32,000 bases of DNA from Pseudarthrobacter oxydans. Lineage in GTDB: Bacteria; Actinomycetota; Actinomycetes; Actinomycetales; Micrococcaceae. The stretch covers positions 189,547 to 221,546 of the forward strand of contig NZ_JAUSSN010000005.1 in NCBI RefSeq assembly GCF_030812335.1. The letters run 5' to 3'. Shown here piece by piece: positions 17,961 to 24,533 of this stretch (the stretch's first letter is position 1; each line of letters starts with the position of its first letter). Made by a program: the position numbers and the translations under genes. The notes under the pieces were generated by a model. That model saw only the letters and a list, made by a program, of their open reading frames with translations, did not search any database and was not told the origin of the DNA.

Positions 17961-18007
17961 GATGCTCTCCTTCATCTGATTTAGGTGGGGCGCGCTCTTA
18001 GTCTGGG

Positions 18008-18265
18008 CTAGCCGGCGTCGCTGTCGGCGTCCCTGGGCCGGCCCATCAGCTCCAGCCCGCCCATGGCCCGTTCCGCGCCCGCGGGATCCACCCGTTCCAG
18101 GGCGAAGCCCATGTGGATGAGGACCCAGGTGCCCGGCTCCAGCGGCCCCTCATCCAGCAGACCGATGTTGATCTTCCGCCGTACTCCGGCCACGTCCACG
18201 AGGGCCAACTGATTGCCGTAGCCTTCGAGCAGTTCGACGACCTGGCCCGGTATTCCAAGGCACAT
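18008..18265 (-). CDS. hypC: [NiFe]-hydrogenase assembly chaperone HypC/HupF family
   Basis: 85 aa. Diagnostic N-terminus MCLGIPGQVVEL and WVLIHMGFALERVD. Confidence 0.92.
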   Translation of the reverse strand: MCLGIPGQVVELLEGYGNQLALVDVAGVRRKINIGLLDEGPLEPGTWVLIHMGFALERVDPAGAERAMGGLELMGRPRDADSDAG

Positions 18266-18292
18266 GATGGGCTCTCCCTTGAGTTGCGCTGG

Positions 18293-18311
18293 GCCCGGGC
18301 TTTGCCCGGGC
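18293..18311 (-). other. Intra-operon GC hairpin between hupD and hypC
   Basis: GCCCGGGC-ttt-GCCCGGGC, an 8-bp all-GC stem with a 3-nt loop, in the 52-nt hupD-hypC spacer. It is followed on the minus strand by the hypC SD AAGGGAGAG. Confidence 0.3.
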
Positions 18312-18317
18312 GCGGGT

Positions 18318-18884
18318 CTAGACGGGCGTATGCTGCGCGATCAGTTCTTCGACGGCGGCCACGGCCTGCGGTACGGCCGCCGCCACCGGGCCGGTGAGGC
18401 CGATTCCCTCGCTGAGGTCGGCGGGGACGCAGCCGACGACGTAGGTCAGGGGAAGCTCACCGCCGAGCGAGCGGAGCCGCCCCAGCACGGCAACCGGGTC
18501 CATGCCGTGCGGGTCAAGGGACGCGGCGCCGTCGAGGTCTTCCGGGCGCACCCGGAGCACCCGGATGCGTCCCGGTGCCGCCTCCGGGTCCCCGCCGGAG
18601 TCCGCGCCCGGTCCTGTGCCCGAACCCGGGGGCACGGTATCCACCAGCACCAGGACGTCGACGCCGGCCAGCAGATCGTAGGCCAGGTGCATGCCGCGGA
18701 TTCCGTAGTCCACCGCCAGCACGCCGGGCGCCGCCGCGCCTGTGGCCACGGCCAGCCGCCGGGCGACCTCCGGGCCGAACCCGTCGTCGCGCAGGAACAT
18801 GTTCCCCACGCCTGCGACGAGGACGCGGGGTAGGCGATCCGCGGTCCCTGTGGCGGGACCGCCCGGCTGGAATGGTGACGTCAC
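18318..18884 (-). CDS. hupD: Hydrogenase maturation endopeptidase (HupD/HyaD/HybD family)
   Basis: VLVAGVGNMFLRDDGFGPEVARRL...VLVLVDTV...LDPHGMDP... (GxGNxxxxDDGxG, D, H metal ligands). The start is set at GTG 18884, which overlaps the TGA of the 39-aa ORF (GTGA). The longer track ORF (to 19193) is rejected. Confidence 0.85.
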   Translation of the reverse strand: MTSPFQPGGPATGTADRLPRVLVAGVGNMFLRDDGFGPEVARRLAVATGAAAPGVLAVDYGIRGMHLAYDLLAGVDVLVLVDTVPPGSGTGPGADSGGDPEAAPGRIRVLRVRPEDLDGAASLDPHGMDPVAVLGRLRSLGGELPLTYVVGCVPADLSEGIGLTGPVAAAVPQAVAAVEELIAQHTPV

Positions 18885-19000
18885 ATTCGCCGCATTTTCA
18901 GGTAGCGCTGGATATCGGGGACCGACCGAATCCCGGCGTATACGGCCGCCAGTGTCAGCGCCACGAGCAGGCCGACCGTGGCCATTCCTACTGTTTTCAT
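18881..19000 (-). CDS. 39-aa single-pass membrane micro-protein (absent from the ORF track; DUF6893-like by recollection)
   Basis: Hand translation gives MKTVGMATVGLLVALTLAAVYAGIRSVPDIQRYLKMRRM*. ATG 19000-18998 overlaps the TGA of the upstream 461-aa gene (ATGA), and its own TGA overlaps the hupD GTG (GTGA). It has one hydrophobic helix plus a basic C-tail. Confidence 0.6.
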   Translation of the reverse strand: MKTVGMATVGLLVALTLAAVYAGIRSVPDIQRYLKMRRM

Positions 19001-20382
19001 TGCGGGTCTTCCTCTCCATCCTCAAGCGGTTCAAGTTCTTCGGGTGCGTAGTAGAAGGACCGGCCGTAGCCTTCATGGAGGTCCGCGGCAGGGTCCTTTT
19101 CAAGCACCAGGCCCACGTGGGTGCTGCCATCGACGTCGAAGTGCACACTGGTGACCCGCCCGGTCTGCCCGGCGAAGAAGAGGTCCTGCGCATCGGCGCG
19201 CCGGCTCGGGTTCACCCTGACCCGGCTGCCGCGGGCCACCGGAACGCCGTTGATCAGAACGGCATCCAGGGACGGCTGGACGAGGGCTTCGGATTCCGGC
19301 GTCCACCAGGCGGGCGGGTCCCCTCCGCTGCCGGCGGCGCTTCCGCGGATGTCCGGGAATTCCACGGCGTGGGGATTGCGCAGGATCCCGTGCAGCTGCT
19401 GCAGTTCCTCCGGTGACATGGCCTCGCAATGGTCGATGATCGCGGCCGCGCGGGGATCGGTGGCGCGGGCCTCGGATTTTTCTTCCTCGGTCAGGGTCAG
19501 CACCCGCAAGGTGAGGATCTCGTCAATTTCGGTGGAATCATAGAGTGCCACCGGGCTTTCCGGGGCCACCGCGGGGTGGTCGTAGAGAATGATCGGCGAG
19601 ACCAGCAGCACGTCCGTCTGCCCTTCGGGACCGGCGAGGACGGGCCAGCAGCGGTGCTGCGAGCAGTCCGCAACGGCGTCCTGCGCCCATCCTGGCGGGT
19701 CCAGCAGGGAGAGGAAATCCGCGTCCCGCAGGCTGAGGAGCACGTGGGCGCCGATGAAGGACGCGGCGATGGCGTCCTGCCGGTTCCCCGGCTCCGCAGC
19801 GGGCTCCGCGGTGTTGGCGACGGAAACCCGTAACCGCTGGAGGCCGCGGGTCAGGCCGGTGGAGTCCAGCGTGAGTTCCCCGCGGAGCGCGTGGCGGCGC
19901 CGCACCAACCTGCCTGCCGTCCGGCCGGTGCCGTCGCCGAGGTCCTCAATCTCCTCGCTCGCCGGGATCTCCACCGGCAGCTGCAGCGCTTCCCGGGCCA
20001 GCTCCGCCACCGGAAACGGCCCCAGGGTGATCTCCTGTTCCACCGCCTCGTCCCAGCTCAGCCAGCGGGAGGCTCCGATGGTGAGTTCCGCCACCGGGCT
20101 GAAGTTCCCGGCGTCGTCCGCTTTTTCGGCGGTGCGGGTCTGCAACTGCAGGAAGCGCAGGTGGATTTCCACATCCGCGTGCGGTCCGGGACTCAGTAGG
20201 CAGTCGGCGGACATTGCCGGTTCCTCCCCGGCGCCGGCTTCCGCGGCCCCGGGCGGCCCGAGGATTCCAAACTGCCAGCGGGCCTGGTTCTTCTGCGAGG
20301 AAGCCCGGTAGGGGTACAGCAGGTAACCCTCGTAGAGGACGGCGTCGGCGACTGCCCTGGCCAGGCTCAGGCTCATGGTCAT
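18997..20382 (-). CDS. Conserved hypothetical protein of the hydrogenase operon, 461 aa, function unknown
   Basis: From ATG 20382 (ATGA overlap with the upstream stop): MTMSLSLARAVADAVLYEGYLLYPYRASSQKNQARWQFGILGP... with an acidic C-terminus ...YYAPEELEPLEDGEEDPQ. The N-terminal 135 codons of track ORF 18997..20787 are off-frame read-through of the upstream gene. Confidence 0.75.
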   Translation of the reverse strand: MTMSLSLARAVADAVLYEGYLLYPYRASSQKNQARWQFGILGPPGAAEAGAGEEPAMSADCLLSPGPHADVEIHLRFLQLQTRTAEKADDAGNFSPVAELTIGASRWLSWDEAVEQEITLGPFPVAELAREALQLPVEIPASEEIEDLGDGTGRTAGRLVRRRHALRGELTLDSTGLTRGLQRLRVSVANTAEPAAEPGNRQDAIAASFIGAHVLLSLRDADFLSLLDPPGWAQDAVADCSQHRCWPVLAGPEGQTDVLLVSPIILYDHPAVAPESPVALYDSTEIDEILTLRVLTLTEEEKSEARATDPRAAAIIDHCEAMSPEELQQLHGILRNPHAVEFPDIRGSAAGSGGDPPAWWTPESEALVQPSLDAVLINGVPVARGSRVRVNPSRRADAQDLFFAGQTGRVTSVHFDVDGSTHVGLVLEKDPAADLHEGYGRSFYYAPEELEPLEDGEEDPQ

Positions 20383-21035
20383 GGGAGCCGCTCTCCGCCC
20401 ACACCCGTCGCCGCAGCAGACAGCAGGGACTCCACCGTGGCCTCCCAGGACGTCAGTCCGCGCACCGCCTTGTACTGCGACAGGGCGGCCAGAGCATCCC
20501 GGTCCAGCCTGATCCAGCCCGCATTGGGGAAATACTGGTCCATCAGCCGGTGCCACGCCGCCACCGGGAGGCGGTACGAGGCTTCGAGGTGCCACGGGAC
20601 CTGCTCCACCCCGAATCCTGCCGGGCCTTTCGTGAAGACGGTGCCGGAGAACAGCAGCTCCAGCGGGATTTCGCCGTCCCGGAGGGCGTGCAGGTACTTC
20701 GACGCGGCGACGTCGAAGTCGAACGTGCAGGGCAGCGGCAGGTCCGCTTCGGTGCTGTCCGTGAATCCCTGCACCATGGTGCTGCACTGCAGCCAGAGGA
20801 ACGACTTAAGCGTGGTGGGCCAGCGGCCGCGCTCGCCGAACAGGTCCAGGAGCCCGCGTTCCTCCTCGTCCGCATATCCGCGGCGCTGCGGCAGGATCCG
20901 CACCTGGCAGCGCAATGCGATGGCGTGGATGGTGGCGCCGGTGGACTCGGTCAGCCGGAGCCGGGCGGTCAGTTGCGGCGCCGCGGCGTAGGGCTCCGGC
21001 TGGATGTCGACGACGGCGAACGTCAGTTCGGTCAT
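20379..21035 (-). CDS. Conserved hypothetical protein of the hydrogenase operon, 218 aa (DUF6084-like by recollection)
   Basis: From ATG 21035, preceded by GGGAGGA and overlapping the upstream stop (ATGA): MTELTFAVVDIQPEPYAAAPQLTARLRLTESTG... Confidence 0.75.
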   Translation of the reverse strand: MTELTFAVVDIQPEPYAAAPQLTARLRLTESTGATIHAIALRCQVRILPQRRGYADEEERGLLDLFGERGRWPTTLKSFLWLQCSTMVQGFTDSTEADLPLPCTFDFDVAASKYLHALRDGEIPLELLFSGTVFTKGPAGFGVEQVPWHLEASYRLPVAAWHRLMDQYFPNAGWIRLDRDALAALSQYKAVRGLTSWEATVESLLSAAATGVGGERLP

Positions 21036-21742
21036 GGGGATCCTCCCGCCAGGGATTGGCTTTTGTCCTCCGGCGCGGGCCGGCTGCGGCTGTCCAGCCG
21101 GGCGAAAAACGCGGTGAGTTGCTCGCGGGCCTCCTGTCCGCCGTCGAACCCGCGCCAGAGGCGGCGGAGCTGCCCCACGAGTTCGTAGCAGGCGTCCACG
21201 GGGACCAGATGGCAGTCGGCGCGGGATCGGTCCGGTCCGGGGCCGCGGATCAGCAGCGCCTCCGTGTCCGGTGCCGCCAGCGCAAGCGCCGGGTTTTGTG
21301 CCAGCACCGTGGCCCAGGCGCCCAGCGGAAGCTCGGACTCGGTGGCGCCGGCGGGGCCCGGGTAGAAGGCGACGGTCCGGTCCAGTTTGGAACTGTGGAA
21401 GAAGAATGCCAGTCCCACCGGAATTTCCAGCTCGTCCCACTGGCCGGGGCCCAGTTCAAAATCGGGAAAGGACAGGTACCGGTCCGGCACCGAACGGTAG
21501 CGCAGATGCGCCGTGGCGTCAGTGAACAGGAGGTAGCACGGCCGGCACGTGCACATCATGGCATGGCTCTCCAGGTCGACAATGTGCTGATGTTCCTCCG
21601 GAATGGGTTCCCCGCACATCTCGCAGCGCTCGCCGGCGGGCGGCGCGGGTGGGCGGGCCGCGATCCGGCGCAACAGGGTGACCGGCAGCCCGCCGGGGGC
21701 GGTCCGGCCCCGGCCGGTCTCGGTGCTGCCTCCGGGATTCAT
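21032..21742 (-). CDS. Conserved Cys-motif protein of the hydrogenase operon, 236 aa (DUF5947-like by recollection)
   Basis: MNPGGSTETG...GERCEMCGEPIPEEHQHIVDLESHAMMCTCRPCYLLF... (CxxC-19 aa-CxCxxC). ATG 21742 directly abuts the hhyE stop (TGAATG). Confidence 0.75.
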   Translation of the reverse strand: MNPGGSTETGRGRTAPGGLPVTLLRRIAARPPAPPAGERCEMCGEPIPEEHQHIVDLESHAMMCTCRPCYLLFTDATAHLRYRSVPDRYLSFPDFELGPGQWDELEIPVGLAFFFHSSKLDRTVAFYPGPAGATESELPLGAWATVLAQNPALALAAPDTEALLIRGPGPDRSRADCHLVPVDACYELVGQLRRLWRGFDGGQEAREQLTAFFARLDSRSRPAPEDKSQSLAGGSP

Positions 21743-22708
21743 TCAGGCGTCCTGGCCGGAAACCATCGGCACGGCCACGGACATCACGCCGGACCGTACC
21801 AGGAGCGGCAGCGGATCCAGGTGCAGGTTCCGGTCCTCCAGGCAGCTCCCGGCCTGCCGAACGTCGAAATGGGCGCGGCAGGAGGGGCAGCGCAGCAGGC
21901 CGCCGCCCGCGGGTGCCGCGAGGGCACGCTGGAGGGTGGCGCCGGCCATCGACGCCGTGCAGCGCGGGCAGTAGTCGCGGTAGGCGTAGACGTCCTGCCC
22001 GGTCCGGCAGGCGAGCACCGGGTACCCGCCGACAAGGAAGCCGGCGACGTCGCCGGGTTCCAGCCCGGCAATCTCCGGCACGGGCTCCCAGGATCCGGCG
22101 GCATGCTCGTGCCAGCGGCCGGCATCGCCCGGGCCGTGGCCTGCCGCGCCATCGGCCGGGTGGTTCAGCCGGATTAGCAGCGCGTCCACCGGAATCACGG
22201 CCGGAACTGCCGGACGGGATTCCTCCTCGACCACCTCGATGGCCGTGACCTCCGGCGCGGCTGACTCGATCGCCTCCTCGACGGCGAACTTGAGCGTGAC
22301 CGACGACGAGGGGCAGCCCTGGCAGGTGCCGAGCAGCCTCAGCCGCACGACCCCCGCGGGGCTGATGTCCAGGAGTTCCACGTTGCCGCCGTGCGAGCCG
22401 AGGTAGGGACGGACACTGTCCAGCGCGGCAGCCACCCGTGTTTCGACGTCCTGCGGGTGCAGCCCGTGGATCACCAGCAGGCTGGAGACCAGCTCGTCGG
22501 CGGTCAGCGCGTCCAGCGTCCCGCCGTCCAGTTGCCCGCGGTCATCGAGGATTTCCAGGATCCGGGCGAGCCCGGAACCGTAGAGTTCCGTCACCTGGCG
22601 GACCAGTTCCTCGGCGCGCCCGCGGGCCACCGCCCCGCCGGCTCCGAGGGCGTCGAGGAGGCTTTCGATCCGGTCGCCGGCCTGCGGCGGCCGGTCCTCG
22701 CCAGGCAT
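21743..22708 (-). CDS. hhyE: Putative iron-sulfur protein HhyE-type: Nfu/NifU C-terminal domain fused to a Rieske-fold-like domain
   Basis: 321 aa from ATG 22708, 5 nt after the hhyL stop. Nfu module VRPYLGSHGGNVELLDI...LLGTCQGCPSSSVTLKFAVEEAI. C-terminal module ...VLACRTGQDVYAYRDYCPRCTASM...LLRCPSCRAHFDVR. It occupies the same position after the large subunit as the mycobacterial HhyE/HucE genes. Confidence 0.85.
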   Translation of the reverse strand: MPGEDRPPQAGDRIESLLDALGAGGAVARGRAEELVRQVTELYGSGLARILEILDDRGQLDGGTLDALTADELVSSLLVIHGLHPQDVETRVAAALDSVRPYLGSHGGNVELLDISPAGVVRLRLLGTCQGCPSSSVTLKFAVEEAIESAAPEVTAIEVVEEESRPAVPAVIPVDALLIRLNHPADGAAGHGPGDAGRWHEHAAGSWEPVPEIAGLEPGDVAGFLVGGYPVLACRTGQDVYAYRDYCPRCTASMAGATLQRALAAPAGGGLLRCPSCRAHFDVRQAGSCLEDRNLHLDPLPLLVRSGVMSVAVPMVSGQDA

Positions 22709-22713
22709 GGCTG

Positions 22714-24507
22714 CTATTCGCCGGTCAGTGTCTGGGTGGGGGAGTGCAGCTTCTGCAGGGTCTGGCCGTTGCCCAGATACATATGCACCCCGCAGGGCAG
22801 GCAGGGGTCGAAGCTGCGGACGGTGCGCATGATGTCGATGCCCTTGAAGTGCTCGCGGTCGTTCTCCTCGAAGATCGGCTGCCCCTGGACGGCGTCCTCG
22901 TAGGGGCCGGCGGTTCCGGCGGAGTCCGTGGGGCTGGCGTTCCAGGGGGTCGGCGGGTAGGGATGGTAGTTGGCGATCTTCCCGTCGCGGATCACCATGT
23001 GGTGGGATAGGACGCCCCGCACGGCCTCTGTGAATCCGCAGCTGATGGCTTCGTCCGGAACCTCGAAGCTCTCCCACGTCTTGGTGCGCCCGGCGCGGAT
23101 CTCCTCGAGTGCCTTCTCCGCGAAGTGCAGTGCGGCGGCGGCGGCGTAGGCCTGGAAGTAGGTGCGGGCCCGGTTGCGTTCCAGGGTGTTGCTCCACTGC
23201 GGGATGTTCCACTCGAAGGAAACAGGACCTTTCAGCGCGGTCTTGGGCAGGTTGATCTGGACGCTCCGGCCGGTGGCCTTGATGTAGCCGATGTCCACCA
23301 GGCCGGCGAGCGCCGTCGCCCAGAGGCGGGCCAGCGGGCCGCCGCCGGTGTCCAGTGCCAGGTTGTCCTGGCCGTCAAACCAGCGCGGCGACATCACCCA
23401 GCTGTATTTCTCTGCGAGGTCCCGCTTTTGCGGCCGCGGGTTGGTGTGCTGGTTCCAGGGATGCCGGCGGTCCACGGGATTGCCCAGCGGATCGTGGGTC
23501 ACAAACATTTCCTGGCCTTCCCAGTCCTCATAGTAGGAGGAACCGAGCATGATCCGGATGCCCAGGTTGATCCGCACCAGGTCGGTAGTGACGAGTTTGC
23601 CGTCCACCACAACGCCGGGCGTGACGAACATCTTCCGGCCCCACTCGGTCATGTCCTTGTACTCGAAGTTGCAGTAGTCGGGATCCTGGAGCGAGCCCCA
23701 GCAGCCCAGCAGCGTGCGCCGCAGCCCCACCTGTTCGTAGCCCGGCAGGGCCTCGTAGAAGAAGTCGAACAGGTCGTCATGCATGGGGACGACCTTCTTC
23801 ATGAACTCCACGTAGCGCATGAGCCGGGTGATGTAGTCCGTCATCAGCTGGATGGTGGCAACCGTTCCCACTCCGCCCGGGTAAAGCGTGGACGGGTGAA
23901 CGTGGCGGCCCTCCATGAGGCAGAACATTTCGCGGGTTGCCCGGCTGACCTGCAGCGCCTCGCGGTAGAACTCCCCGGTGAACGGGTTGAGCGACCGCAT
24001 GATGTCGGCGATGGTCCGGTAGCCGTGGTCACCCTCATGCGGTGCACGGGTGTTCTCGGCCTTGGCCAGCACCCCGGGGTTCGTCTCCGAGACCATCTTT
24101 TCGCAGTAGTCGACGCCGACGAGGTTTTCCTGGAAGATGTTGTGGTCGAACATGTACTCGGCGGCTTCGCCGAGGTTCACGATCCATTCGCCGAGGTTTG
24201 GCGGCTTGACGCCGTAGGCCATGTTCTGGGCGTAGCAGGAGCATGTGGCGTGGTTGTCCCCGCAGATCCCGCAGATCCGGCTGGTGATGAAGTGCGCGTC
24301 CCGCGGGTCCTTGCCCTTCATGAAGATGGAGTATCCGCGGAAGATCGAGGAGGTGCTCTTGCACTCCACCACCTGTTTGTTCGCAAAGTCGATCTTGGTG
24401 TAGATGCCGAGGCTGCCGACGATCCTCGTGATGGGGTCCCACGCCATCTCCACCAGATTGTTGTCACCTGTTCCGCTTCCGGAAGGCATTGGAATCGTTG
24501 AGGTCAT
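22714..24507 (-). CDS. hhyL: [NiFe]-hydrogenase large subunit, group 1h (formerly group 5, high-affinity Hhy type)
   Basis: 597 aa. L1 motif TSRICGICGDNHA and L2 motif SFDPCLPCGVH, followed by the 22-aa tail MYLGNGQTLQKLHSPTQTLTGE, which is the protease substrate. ATG 24507 with AGGTGA at 5-nt spacing is preferred over GTG 24516. Confidence 0.97.
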   Translation of the reverse strand: MTSTIPMPSGSGTGDNNLVEMAWDPITRIVGSLGIYTKIDFANKQVVECKSTSSIFRGYSIFMKGKDPRDAHFITSRICGICGDNHATCSCYAQNMAYGVKPPNLGEWIVNLGEAAEYMFDHNIFQENLVGVDYCEKMVSETNPGVLAKAENTRAPHEGDHGYRTIADIMRSLNPFTGEFYREALQVSRATREMFCLMEGRHVHPSTLYPGGVGTVATIQLMTDYITRLMRYVEFMKKVVPMHDDLFDFFYEALPGYEQVGLRRTLLGCWGSLQDPDYCNFEYKDMTEWGRKMFVTPGVVVDGKLVTTDLVRINLGIRIMLGSSYYEDWEGQEMFVTHDPLGNPVDRRHPWNQHTNPRPQKRDLAEKYSWVMSPRWFDGQDNLALDTGGGPLARLWATALAGLVDIGYIKATGRSVQINLPKTALKGPVSFEWNIPQWSNTLERNRARTYFQAYAAAAALHFAEKALEEIRAGRTKTWESFEVPDEAISCGFTEAVRGVLSHHMVIRDGKIANYHPYPPTPWNASPTDSAGTAGPYEDAVQGQPIFEENDREHFKGIDIMRTVRSFDPCLPCGVHMYLGNGQTLQKLHSPTQTLTGE

Positions 24508-24533
24508 GTTCTTCACCTGTCTGGAAGTGGGTG

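Noticed and set aside
17674-17979. Plus-strand 101-aa ORF antisense to the disordered protein gene
   Set aside because: It has the same GC3 as the minus ORF because the wobble position is shared, so it is not excluded by composition. I rejected it provisionally because of about 20% Ser, a GTG start, and no operon logic. This is flagged as unresolved in the findings.
18885-19193. N-terminal extension of the maturation protease ORF (track 18318..19193)
   Set aside because: The extension runs through the C-terminus of the 461-aa gene and through the 39-aa ORF in another frame. GTG 18884 with its GTGA coupling gives a protease of normal length.
20383-23212. N-terminal extensions of track ORFs 18997..20787, 20379..21440 and 21743..23212
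   Set aside because: Each extension is the off-frame read-through of the upstream gene (R/P/G-rich). Internal ATGs that overlap or abut the upstream stop, preceded by an SD where one is visible (GGGAGGA before ATG 21035), give the conserved-looking N-termini.
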